Below, one piece after another: positions 55,601 to 64,000 of a stretch of DNA of 64,000 nt. This DNA is from Antedon mediterranea. Its lineage: Eukaryota; Animalia; Echinodermata. The stretch's first letter is position 1; every line of letters starts with the position of its first letter. Under the pieces are notes generated by a model, which was not told where the DNA came from, did not search any database, and worked only from the letters and a program-made list of their open reading frames with translations. The position numbers and the translations under genes were made by a program. Where the stretch lies: positions 27,528,001-27,592,000 of the forward strand of contig NC_092674.1 in the NCBI RefSeq assembly GCF_964355755.1, read 5' to 3'.

Positions 55601-58600
55601 GGTCCGCTGTATTTTCATTGAGCTTAAAGCTCAGGTACAGGCATAAATTTTAAATATAATATCTGGTTAATTGTACATAAATCAAATATTTGTAACAGAA
55701 ATCAAGACGAAAAAACATTAATTTCCCTTAATATGGTCAAATACAAAATTGGGCAAAATCCTGCCATAAAAACCAGGAAGACTTTTTTTTCAGTAGTTAG
55801 GTAGTTTAATCTAATGTAATAACATGTCTGGTGACTCTCTAGTAGCTGAAAAAAGATGGTGGATATACGGTGGATAATTTTTGCTATAGCATGAAAATCT
55901 GAAGTTGAATAGAAATACCAGAAATGTTAAATTCAAGTTATTACCTATATTTAGTCATCTGATAACATTTTTTACCACACCGTTTATTTTTTATAGCTTT
56001 TTAAAATGCCTCTCTATTTACAACATTTGTGTACAAAAGAATAGAGATTTTACTGTGTAATTTGAACTATCCCCCCACTGATAACAAACAGCTTATTTTT
56101 AACAAGCTCGTGTAACACAAATAAAATCCTAAAAATTATGAAACATAGGGGAAACTATAGATCGATAATTATTGGAATGTATGATCAATAGAACTTTTTT
56201 GCCCGCACCTGGCCTTTAATGCAGGGAGCGACTGAATGCGAGGAACTGTTATTACTTTACAAAATGGCGTTTCATAGTTCAATAAACTGTCGATCAGTAA
56301 AGCATTCGTTTTGTTCGAGAACCGGTGTTATTTTTAAGCACTCTATGGGTTTGTATTCGCATTCCCGTTTTAGGTTAAGTGACGTTACTGGATAGAATCT
56401 CCTGACTGACTTATGGCTGTTTTCATAATAAACATACAAGTAGATGTAATCTGTACTGGCGCAAAATGTTTGTTTCTCAGCACGATCTATACTTCACTGA
56501 TGATCGACATAACACATACGATCCATTAGGCCTGTTTTCAGGATGGGGTCGTTCAATCAACTTTTAAATTAATTCTGTGCACCAGAGGTTATTATGTTTA
56601 TTTAAAATGTATAAACATAATTTACGACGATGTTCAAGAAGGCCACAATACCAAATTATAAATATTTCTATTTTCTGACAACCGAGATCTTTAATTTAGG
56701 TCAGTTAGAACGGTAGGGTCGTTCAGTCACAAAATTCCATTAAGAAACGTTCTTGTACTCTTTAAAGGGGTGCTCCGGGGTTAAGATATTTATTTATAAA
56801 TATACATGGGTCGTTGCACATCTAATACGGGGGTACTGTAGTGTACAATTAAAAGGAATTTAGAAAGAAAAGAAAGATTTTTCATTCTATCAAAATTTAT
56901 TCCTGATTGAAATGTTAATTACTTGGGCAACATTCACACACAAACTAAATTCAAATTATTTTTATTTTGTTTTTAAACCTATGAAATTGTTTGAAACTTG
57001 AATTTATTATTAATATAATTATTATTGTAGATTAATGTGATAATAAGTAAGTATTTGGCAAATAATTAATATCATAATATTATTATATTGTATTGTACGT
57101 ACTCCTTTAACAATTTAAAACGTTTGAATAGCGCCCCCTTTAGCGTGATAACTTAATAGACGTTAATACAAACTTTTAATTGTATTATACTGTGAACCCA
57201 GATGTTATACTATAATATATTCGGTTAGGAAACTTTACACATATTGCTTTAATTAATAATATAGACATAGTTGCCTTGGTAACAGCGCGTACTACGTCTT
57301 AGCTTGTACATTTTGTTATATATTATTAATGATTGTATATTTTAAAACAACGGTTATTGGATTATGATTGAAAATGTTATGAGTACAAAAACGAGGCAAC
57401 TGCATTCAGAGTCCACACAATAAAAAAAGCCAATTTCATCAGCATACGATTTATGATTTAAATAACACGTTCTGACGCAAATTGAAAAGCCGTCCGTGTT
57501 CGCGACTTGATTGAAAAACGGATTTCTTTAGTCATACCACGTGAGAAGACGCGTATTTGTCACTTGCGTCGAAACATTGATGAAGGCGGTAACGATTTTT
57601 ATACGCGCGCGACAACGCATCCTTAAAACGCCGTGCCGATAATTTAACGACACCAGATTGCTTTAATGACGCCGCACGAATAGAAGCATATTATAACACT
57701 CGCGTCAAAACCTTGATAGATGTGGTAACGATTTTTGTACGCGCGCGTCTTGGCATCATGGTTATGTCGCGCTATTTATTTCGTCTTATAAATAGTAAAA
57801 ATAATTTTCTGCATGCTAAAAATGTTACCTTTGCGAGTTTTCAAACAGCCACGATTAGAAGCTGTCTGCAGCATTCCAAGCAAGTCAGTTTGGTATGCAC
57901 TTTGTAATTTTTAAATTGATGACAGATTCGTTGAAGTTCGTTGCTTATTTATTTCAATACAAGTAATGAAATAAGTGCGCGTGAACATTTATGATTAATT
58001 ACACGCGATATATAAAGTGTTTTCATTTTTTTTTTATTTGATGACCTAAAGAAACATAATGTTGTGTTCTTTTGGTAAAAGGTATTTCCTTTACCATCAC
58101 GTTGAATCACAGTATAAGATCCATATGGTACTCTGTGCAAGCTGAAATTGTAAACAAATGGAAATTTTTGTGGCAAACTTGAAAAATCGTCAACAATTTG
58201 TTATTAAGTATAGTTGACACTTTGGCATGATTTTTTATTTTATTATATATAAACGTACTATACGTTGGGTACGGATTAATGACTACAACGATAGAAATAG
58301 AGCTACAGTGTAAGTAAAGTCAATTAAAACGGTTAATTAAATCAATTTGAGTAAACAGTTGCTGACGTCGGCCTCTTTAGAGGTCAAGAATTCAATCAGA
58401 GGTAATCTCCTTGTCCATTTTCAAAATGATTGAAAGATGGGTTGGTCCGTCATCAAAATATCGTTTTTCTATCGGTCTAGCTACGGTCATTTCATCACGT
58501 AGATGAACGCAACAAAAGTTCAATGCACACATTTTAAGGTATCTGTCAAACATTGTTTGACAACAAATTGTGATGTGCCCAAATATGGTAATGATATGCT

Positions 58601-61600
58601 TAAATATGGTAGTGATATGACATCCATATATGGGCACATCACTTGTTTTTGTCACTATACCGATTGATAGTGTGGACAGAGGTTTAGATTCGCGTCGCAA
58701 CTTGGGAAGTATGTTCACATGTAATATATACTAGGCCTTTAACAAAAAGTACAAACTGATAAATAAATCTAACGTTGCCATGAAAGAAATATGCACAAAG
58801 ATAAAAGCATGGAAGAACGATTTCTCTCTGTTATATAAAAAGTTTTTAATAAAAAGTACAATATTTTATTCCTTCTTAATATCAGCAATTCAAATTAGTT
58901 TTTGTTGAATTTATCAAATATGATTTTGGATTTAAGGGGTTGACGGTGAATCTTTAATCGGATCAATAGTGTAAAAGTGAAAAAAGTACAGTAATTAACG
59001 GAGAAGTTTCGTATCTTGTCTAGCACATCATCCTCGCCTCGGGTCAACAATTCGTTGCAAGGTAAACGATGTCAGTAAAGACGGAGAGAAGAATACGAAA
59101 CGGAAAGATGGTTTCTATATTTGAAATCATGCCCTGCAGAGAACATTAGTAAATGAAGTGTATTATGTATTTTACCAACGTGAACGTTGAAGTAGTTCGT
59201 ATTCGTGTTTCGTTGTTACACTGATTTCCCTGATGTCGGTGATTTTAGCCCGACTCAGCCTCAGGACTACATCATTATCAGATTAGCTTTTGTATAACCT
59301 TTTAAAAGATAAACCTACTATTCAATATAATTATATTTTAAAAATGTATGTGGTAATAACAGTCTGTGTTTGACTTACGAATGGGGATTCGAGGTTCGTT
59401 CCATGTTAACATAGTGTAGTTCAACTTCTGTTGCTATTCTACTATTCAACAAAGTTAAAACGGTTCTCTCAATTTTTAACCGCCTCGAGAAAACTCAAAG
59501 AAACTAAAAATGTTTTCTTTAAAATAATGCATTATGTTAGTGTGTTTTGACAACTTCAGTGTGTTGTTGGGTCATGAGAAACTCTAGTAACTAACTGTGA
59601 CATTATTGACCATTGACCTCTGGGATTGGCAGGCAAGCTATAGAGTTTATGTCAACGATACGGTGTCTTTCAAAATATGTCCGGCTACCCAATTATTTAA
59701 ATTTAAATAAAACTCCCTTAACTTTATTAATCTTCCAACCACAAAACTGAGAGCAAATGATAGTTTGTGAATAATCGAAGAAGAGAAACAGTTGCAATAC
59801 ATTATGAACACAAGAAGATGATTGTGGTAACTTCCTGTATCATTGCGCACTTAACCCTGCGTTTGACAGGTTAATTACACAGTAAGTCCCCCGTTAATAC
59901 ATCAGCAAATAGTCATATGCAAACCGAAAGTACTAAATCCAATAAATAAAGAAAAATCCAGAGACTAATATTCTGGTACGAGTCATACAAAATGTTGCAG
60001 AATATAAATTGAGACTATAGGATATTGCGCAGGGAAAATAGTTGAGGGCGGTTTCTAACCGCTTCTACTGGCCACCAGCAGTGCGCGCCACTATTCCAGA
60101 TAACAATCATGATTTGTATATGTGTATTAAATCTGTCATCATTTTGATGATAGTTGCTTGCAGTCATCAACTTTTGACGATGCCATAGCAGTCGTTTGTT
60201 TTGAGCTTGGAAACGCAAAACGCGTTTTTCATTTCCAATGCGTTTAGTTCATTCAGCAGTTGTTCGTTTATTTTCTTTAAAAGCAAAATAACTTAGATGG
60301 TTAAAACACCGAGGGAGCCGTAAAAGGCAACCGGCGTCACAATCTAGTGACATCGTGCATTTAACTGGTTATGGCACGTAAGTCACAGGGTAATTTAGGT
60401 ACCAGTGCGTAAGCGCTAAATCATTATGTCACGAACACACGCACAAAATGTTCATCATTATAAATTTTAAATAATCTTTACTCAGAAATATAATAAAACA
60501 TTTTAAGAACTACGGTTTGAAAGGATGTCGGGCAAAGTGTAAATCGAAAACGTGAACTCCCGATCGATTTCCCGAACACTTCCTCTCTGCGTTCTGACTT
60601 GACCCGCTTCTCGGACTCCGTTGTCCACCTCATGAAAACACCGTAAAAACACGTGACATGGTTGAATTAATAACCCCTGATTGTCTGATAATGCAATTAT
60701 TAAGTAATTATTATCCAGATAAATAGACTGTTAAACAGAGTAAACAAGATAAGGTATTGTGGGGGCTAAGCGTGACAGAATCAACAGAATAACCGTTCTA
60801 CTGGTTTTAATAATATAAAGGATTGTTTGTTGTGTGTGCATGAACCATACAATTTTAAAACGTGTGTCCTAACGTTTGTAATTAAAGTAAAAATGTCATT
60901 TTAGGTTGAGACACGCACACACAGAACGTAAATGGTTGCTTATCTAATAAGTTTCGTTTACCAAAGGATATCATTCAAGATTGTTTTTCTTATCGAGCTC
61001 CTATATAGTAACGAGAGTAGATCATCAAATGGGGGAGTTGAACCGACACATGTAATCACATTGAAGCCACTATGACAGCCCGATTATACTTGTAAGAAAG
61101 AGTTATATGTGTGGTTCACGTGTTTGGTTCACACAGAAAAGTTGGTGCCTACCACCGAACATTACCAGCCCTCATCGTGACGCTCGCGTCTGAATAATGA
61201 TAATAACGGTACAGCTTTTGAGCGCGCGCGTCAACTTTATGGTACATTTGTAGTGTCACCAACGATTTATATCTGCTGCTAACGTTAATATCAATATCAT
61301 AAACTAAAATAACACGGCACTTATAAACAGAAGCGTTCTGTTATATATAATAAAACATCATAAATGATTCGTTTTCTAGATCGTGATAGAACATCGATAA
61401 TTTAAACATTATGAAGCCTCTTATTTCAACATCAGACAGTTGCTTTGTGCTGTTCGTGAATATAAATCAAACGCAAACATGACATATACCATGTATAATT
61501 GTTTGCTTTAAGTAATGATATAAAATTAAGAAATATATATTAATAGAATAATAATAATAGGCCTAATAATTGTCTTAACAATTTACGCAGTAGCTAGTCA

Positions 61601-61641
61601 TGCGAAGAAAGCAATTATTGTTAAATGACATTACTTACCAT
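16540..61641 (-). CDS. GUCY1B1: Soluble guanylate cyclase subunit beta-1 (H-NOX/PAS/coiled-coil/cyclase), whole spliced CDS: complement join(61639-61641,49837-49910,33851-33951,29826-30804,28103-28328,27522-27662,17568-17722,16540-16687), about 608 aa
   Basis: Exons join in frame (1827 nt). Motifs: (M)[20 protein letters not shown] (heme His), [40 protein letters not shown]. The position of the ATG exon is inferred. Confidence 0.9.
17361..17483 (+). repeat. Repeat block with 30-bp subunits, duplicated at 17953-18053
   Basis: cccctggatgcaagcattttactttccta followed by (acatgcgtacctaagttgagacgcgcgcgt)n. Confidence 0.85.
17568..17722 (-). CDS. GUCY1B1: sGC beta catalytic exon ([39 protein letters not shown]...AY)
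   Basis: 155 nt, tttag acceptor, GTAAGT donor, guanylate cyclase signature. Confidence 0.96.
17953..18150 (+). repeat. Second copy of the 17361 block plus a short local duplication (cttgctttggtattaatggatgtttagagtgca x2)
   Basis: Direct sequence comparison. Confidence 0.85.
19650..19756. mobile_element. MITE family B, internally deleted
   Basis: gttcccactagg...cctagtggaaac termini. Confidence 0.65.
20365..20521. mobile_element. MITE family B, degenerate
   Basis: gcaacgcaaggacg, ttgaccaatcac...gtgattggtcaa, aaccaagct end. Confidence 0.65.
21161..21289. mobile_element. MITE family A
   Basis: agctctgtttacactatcaa...gatagtgtggacagagct. Confidence 0.78.
21604..21826 (+). repeat. 24-bp minisatellite, about 9 copies (aaccctggcgctaagtcagaattg)
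   Basis: Period of 24 read directly from the sequence. Confidence 0.95.
21805..21875 (-). mobile_element. tRNA-derived SINE head, similar to the SINE at 33455
   Basis: Minus strand tggagttgtaacttgatggttaacgtgcttgcc...ggtcaagggttcaatcc aligns with tggagttgtggcttggtggttatgatgcttgtc...ggtcatgggttcaagtcc. Confidence 0.7.
22586..22764. mobile_element. MITE family B (PIF/Harbinger-like, almost fully palindromic), well preserved
   Basis: TIR GC(G/T)TGGTTCCCACTAG...CTAGTGGGAACCAAGCT with TWA flanks. Very similar to the copy at 63847. Confidence 0.85.
25499..25720 (+). mobile_element. SINE remnant with repeated A-box and Deu/Nin-like core
   Basis: tggccgagcgg occurs twice plus a variant, followed by gtcttctcggataaggac...gaggtcc...gcacttaaa...ccccggtgt. 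Confidence 0.55.
26115..26275 (+). repeat. Degenerate (CAT)n microsatellite
   Basis: Low-complexity cat/cac/aat triplets. Confidence 0.9.
26416..26549. mobile_element. MITE family A
   Basis: TIRs and core. Confidence 0.78.
27170..27326. mobile_element. MITE family B
   Basis: agcttggttcccagtaggacgcaacgcaagg...gcgttgcgtcctagtgggaaccaagct long TIR. Confidence 0.87.
27522..27662 (-). CDS. GUCY1B1: sGC beta exon ([33 protein letters not shown]...NIT)
   Basis: 141 nt, tag acceptor, GTATGT donor, phase 0/0. Confidence 0.95.
28103..28328 (-). CDS. GUCY1B1: sGC beta exon ([38 protein letters not shown]...NIFK), ends at a GC donor
   Basis: tacag acceptor. Donor AAG|GCAAGT is the boundary that keeps frame with the next exon. 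Confidence 0.93.
29826..30804 (-). CDS. GUCY1B1: sGC beta large 979-nt exon (H-NOX C-half, PAS/HNOBA domain, coiled coil)
   Basis: Largely overlaps ORF 29693-30766 (extends 38 nt 5' of its ATG). aacag acceptor at 30805-30809, AG|GTTAGT donor. Confidence 0.96.
32400..32450 (-). mobile_element. 3' tail fragment of the SINE/LINE family seen at 33455
   Basis: Minus strand gctggatggaccaccctcgtaaaatattgttg(aaat)n matches gctggatggatcaccctcattaaatatggtt(A)n at 33660-33713. Confidence 0.65.
33455..33713 (+). mobile_element. Full-length tRNA-derived SINE with poly(A) tail
   Basis: A-box-like tggcttggtgg (33469-33479), B-box-like ggttcaagtcc (33513-33523), A23 tail, aagctt direct repeat on both sides. 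Confidence 0.8.
33851..33951 (-). CDS. GUCY1B1: sGC beta exon ([33 protein letters not shown])
   Basis: 101 nt, tttcag acceptor, GTAAGT donor, H-NOX F..R..YDD motif. Confidence 0.93.
34178..34735 (+). repeat. Diverged tandem repeat, unit roughly 120 bp, 4-5 copies
   Basis: Recurring tgtctttgagtcaggcc..gtcgaa..aggcctacaatta..ttctgattatggtaggcctaata. Confidence 0.85.
34981..35308. mobile_element. PIF/Harbinger-like MITE (GGG...CCC termini, TAA TSD)
   Basis: taa|gggaacat...atgatccc|taa with subterminal cagttactgcagtaact palindromes at both ends. Confidence 0.65.
35522..36074 (+). mobile_element. Non-autonomous TTAA-flanked element (Kolobok-like), copy 1
   Basis: ttaa|AGCTCAGGTACAGACA...TGCCCGCACCTGGCCT|ttaa. 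A highly similar second copy lies at 55628-56215. Confidence 0.85.
36274..36426. mobile_element. MITE family A
   Basis: TIRs and core. Confidence 0.8.
36789..36908. mobile_element. MITE family A, shortened
   Basis: TIRs and core. Confidence 0.78.
37509..37667. mobile_element. Palindromic MITE family C (PIF/Harbinger-like)
   Basis: taa|agctgattttccactaggcgaatttgtt...aacaaattcgcctagtggaaaatcggct|taa, arms about 65 bp. Confidence 0.85.
38422..38459. mobile_element. 38-bp hairpin micro-element (CAGGGA...TCCCTG)
   Basis: cagggaaga/tcttccctg termini, flanks gtgttac and gtgtttt. Confidence 0.45.
39494..39647. mobile_element. MITE family B
   Basis: TIRs, TTA both sides. Confidence 0.8.
40094..40149. 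mobile_element. 56-bp hairpin micro-element with a 7-bp direct repeat (GTTCAAC)
   Basis: cagggagttgtaaaataat...attattttacaactccctg perfect 19-bp TIR. Confidence 0.7.
40413..40543. mobile_element. MITE family B
   Basis: agcttggttcccactag...tagtgggaaccaagc. Confidence 0.78.
43242..43442. mobile_element. hAT-like MITE (CAGTGGCGTAACG TIR)
   Basis: Perfect 13-bp TIR and GC-rich subterminal arms. No clean 8-bp TSD. Confidence 0.65.
44490..44649. mobile_element. MITE family A
   Basis: TIRs and core. Confidence 0.82.
45789..45980. mobile_element. MITE family B copy followed by a partial second copy
   Basis: ttggtttccaatagg...aaccaagct, then gacgcaacgca..ttgaccaat..gattggtcaa. Confidence 0.6.
47131..47230. 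mobile_element. MITE family B, one-ended fragment
   Basis: agcgtggttccctctagcgac terminus and inner arms. Confidence 0.6.
49837..49910 (-). CDS. GUCY1B1: sGC beta exon ([25 protein letters not shown])
   Basis: 74 nt, tttcag acceptor, GTAAG donor. H-NOX N-terminus lacking only the initiator Met. Confidence 0.95.
50020..50252 (+). repeat. Diverged tandem repeat, unit about 45 bp, rich in RY alternation
   Basis: Recurring tgcacgcg(t/c)g(c/a)gtaca..cgct(g/t)ataat..gta..acgttt. Confidence 0.75.
50759..50866. mobile_element. MITE family A, internally deleted
   Basis: TIRs present. Confidence 0.75.
52400..52670 (+). repeat. Degenerate (CAT)n microsatellite
   Basis: Low-complexity triplets. Confidence 0.9.
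53953..54259 (+). repeat. 109-bp tandem repeat: two identical copies plus a diverged third
   Basis: Units start at 53953, 54062 and 54171. Confidence 0.92.
54758..54917. mobile_element. MITE family A
   Basis: TIRs, TTA...TTA. Confidence 0.82.
55628..56215 (+). mobile_element. Non-autonomous TTAA-flanked element (Kolobok-like), copy 2
   Basis: Same termini and body as 35522-36074, with about 30 bp extra internally. Confidence 0.85.
56766..57106. mobile_element. Possible second Kolobok-like element
   Basis: ttaa|AGGGGTGC...GTACTCCT|ttaa, short imperfect TIR only. Confidence 0.4.
58537..58683. mobile_element. MITE family A, diverged
   Basis: TIR remnants, TTA both sides, shared core. Confidence 0.72.
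61639..61641 (-). CDS. GUCY1B1: Candidate first exon end of sGC beta: initiator ATG directly followed by a splice donor
   Basis: Minus strand reads tatataacaATG|GTAAGT, a consensus donor with A at -3. The next exon starts at phase 0 with Tyr2. Weaker ATG|GT alternatives exist near 58090 and 53120. Confidence 0.6.
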
Positions 61642-62599
61642 TGTTATATATATTTCTGTGTACTCTTTACTCAAACTCAGTCAGTGAAGTCTTTACGAAT
61701 GCTAGAAATATCACTTAACATGGAATGATATCGGCATACCCGTTGGAGATACTTCGTCCGATAAAAACAATTAGCCACGACGTTTATTCCTACGCTTTTT
61801 GGCCAAGCAAAACCCGACCGTTGTCAGTGTATGTGTAAGCAACTAGGGAAGATAGGAGAAGCGTGAGGCTTGGGCTCGATACGATCGGCTGGTTTCGGAT
61901 GAATTTACATTGGCGCTGTTTACACATTTCCAATAACTCGGTTCAGCGGTCACAACGCTGGATTATACAGATTGCAGGGTGCATATTTGTGATAGGAAGA
62001 TTATAAGCTAAAATTATGAGTTATCCTCCGTAATTATAGGCTTTTCATGTCGGCCATTTGGTTGATGTCATCCATGTATCTATTTGAGAGTGAAGTAGAG
62101 TTCCATTGAAGAATCATAGGGAGAAGTCAGGGATGGCTTTTGCCTAGAGTAACTATCATTTAAGAATTTGTTTGTAAATTACTGCATCGCCCTGATACTG
62201 AGTTATTGTTATTCGTACTCTGTCTATCCGATTGCTATTCGCACTATTTCACTCTCACACTCTATCATTCTTATTCTATGATCTCAGAGAAACCAATTTG
62301 TTTTTCACTACCGGTCCTTGTGGAAATCTAGAAAAGTCTCATATTTCATTATAATATAGTATTTTATAGTATTGTCGTAATGATCTGTAAAATCCTTCTG
62401 CATGTTTGTCTTAACTTGTGTACAACGTGGTGAGCTTGAATATGCAGAAATATAGGCCCATTATCAGTTTAGGAGGGAGGAGGAACCTTTGGGATTATAG
62501 GAAGGTCAGGTCAAGTTGAAGTTGATCTACAATCGGCTGTCGACGATTTATAGAACATATTCTTTTTAACGAACGACAAACATTTGTCACAGTACGAAC

Positions 62600-62752
62600 A
62601 TACAATGTACAAAATGAAATGTACAAAAATAAAATGTACAACAATAAAATGTACAAAAATTATATGTTCAAAAATAAAATGTAAGAAAATTAAATGTACA
62701 AAAACAAAATTTACAAAAATTAAATGTAAAAAAATTAAATGTACAAAAATAT
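62600..62752 (+). repeat. 15-bp minisatellite (aaatgtacaaaaata/t), about 10 copies
   Basis: Period read directly from the sequence. Confidence 0.9.
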
Positions 62753-63846
62753 CAAACGTATTATTTCCCACATTCTACTAACAAAATCATTTTGAAATTA
62801 TTTCTTCCGTGATGAAGTTAAAAATAAGAATTATATTATTTTGGAAGTCTTCTTTTTATTGATAAGTTTAAAAAAATTGTTTTGTTTTCAGAGCAGGTGT
62901 TACTGAAGTTGAGCAAAAAAAAAAAGAGAATCTGGCGATATAAGGGTTTGAATCATTCAAGATAAATGTCATTTTGAAATGCAATATTATAATCTCCATA
63001 TGTATATGCGGTCACACAGGAAATATACATATAATTGCTGTAATAACTGTTGTTTAATGAAAGTAATGAATTCCCATTAAAAATCGGACTGATAAGGACG
63101 TCCATTGTTTTTACTCTATAAAAAATGATTAAACAATTACTATAACTCTAATAGCACAAGTTCGTATTTCATATGCTTTTATTCAACCTTCATCACACTA
63201 GTTTCTTCTATGTACACAATTGCTTTTAAAAGTCAAATCAATATTAATAATTACTGTATGAATTACTGCTTACTTTTCACCTTGAAGATTTTAAAAATAC
63301 TTAACATTATGAGCCGCATTTTTGGAAGGTACGGCATATATTAATGTAAGTAATGGCTATATAGTGCAATATTGTTAATGATTTGAACGATCGACTAATA
63401 AATTACGGTAAAATGCAATTTCCATGACTAAAAATATCAGATAATGATGTTAATTTCGAAATTTATATTTGAAATAAATTCGTGATACTAAATATTTGAC
63501 GCGCGCGTTTAAACACTAATACCTGTTAGAATTGTGCGTACGTGCGTCAGCTTTATGTTACGATTGTTTATACGGTGCGCAAGATTCATTTTACGCTTTA
63601 GTATGCGTGCGCCAGATTTATGTTATGCGTGAGTATGCGTGCGTTAGCTTGTTACGCTTGATTGACTTCGAATAAGAAATTGCTTGTGAAAATCACTTAC
63701 GTTGCTTTACGTCATTGTTTTACGTCTCTAGTGAGTTATTATTATTTACTATAGGCCTATAGATGACATAATTTACCTAATATTGCATAATAATCGGTAT
63801 CAAGAACCCTGTGCCTAACGAAAGAACACTCTCCGGTGGTTCATTA

Positions 63847-64000
63847 AGCGTGGTTCCCATTAGCGACGCAACACAAGGACGTAACGCAACGCAAGTGAAT
63901 TGACCAATCACAAGCGATGGCTTATTCGCTTGTGATTGCTAACTGTCTATAACTTCGCTTGTCATTGGTTAACACGCTTGCGTTGCGTTTACGTCCTTGC
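63847..64000. mobile_element. MITE family B, cut by the window edge
   Basis: Differs from the 22586 copy at only a handful of positions. Confidence 0.85.

Noticed and set aside
665-58718. Recurring short ORFs with CDVPIYG / HITTIF peptides suggesting a small gene family
   Set aside because: All overlap MITE family A copies.
58960-59270. Possible Crypton-like or other repeat remnant (tcgcctcgg..aacaatt), with similar words near 20080 and 25000
   Set aside because: Similarity is too short and degenerate to define boundaries by eye.
62511-62781. KIKCT-repeat ORFs
   Set aside because: Translations of a 15-bp AT-rich minisatellite.
61900-64000. Searched for terminal exons of an sGC alpha gene
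   Set aside because: No recognisable cyclase-coding exon found by eye in this interval.

Overview
AT-rich eukaryotic (animal) genomic DNA. A marine invertebrate, possibly an echinoderm or other deuterostome, is my guess from protein similarity and repeat style, not something the sequence proves. I reconstructed two convergent multi-exon genes by hand from splice sites and reading phase. (1) A 4'-phosphopantetheinyl transferase (AASDHPPT/LYS5 type) on +, with five coding exons from 562 to 9212, giving 289 aa. (2) A soluble guanylate cyclase beta-1 type subunit on -, with seven clear exons from 16540 to 49910 plus a candidate ATG-only first coding exon at 61639-61641, giving about 608 aa. The rest is intron and intergenic DNA densely filled with non-autonomous DNA transposons (several PIF/Harbinger-like MITE families, Kolobok-like TTAA elements, hAT/P-like micro-elements), tRNA-derived SINEs, tandem repeats and local duplications. 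There is no CRISPR array, rRNA, intact tRNA or transposase ORF. I did not find a wholly new biological system. The best leads are the AASDHPPT-sGC microsynteny, a GC-AG intron and a fused 979-nt exon in the sGC gene, a SINE whose B-box region is amplified into a 24-bp array, and 38-56 bp hairpin micro-transposons.
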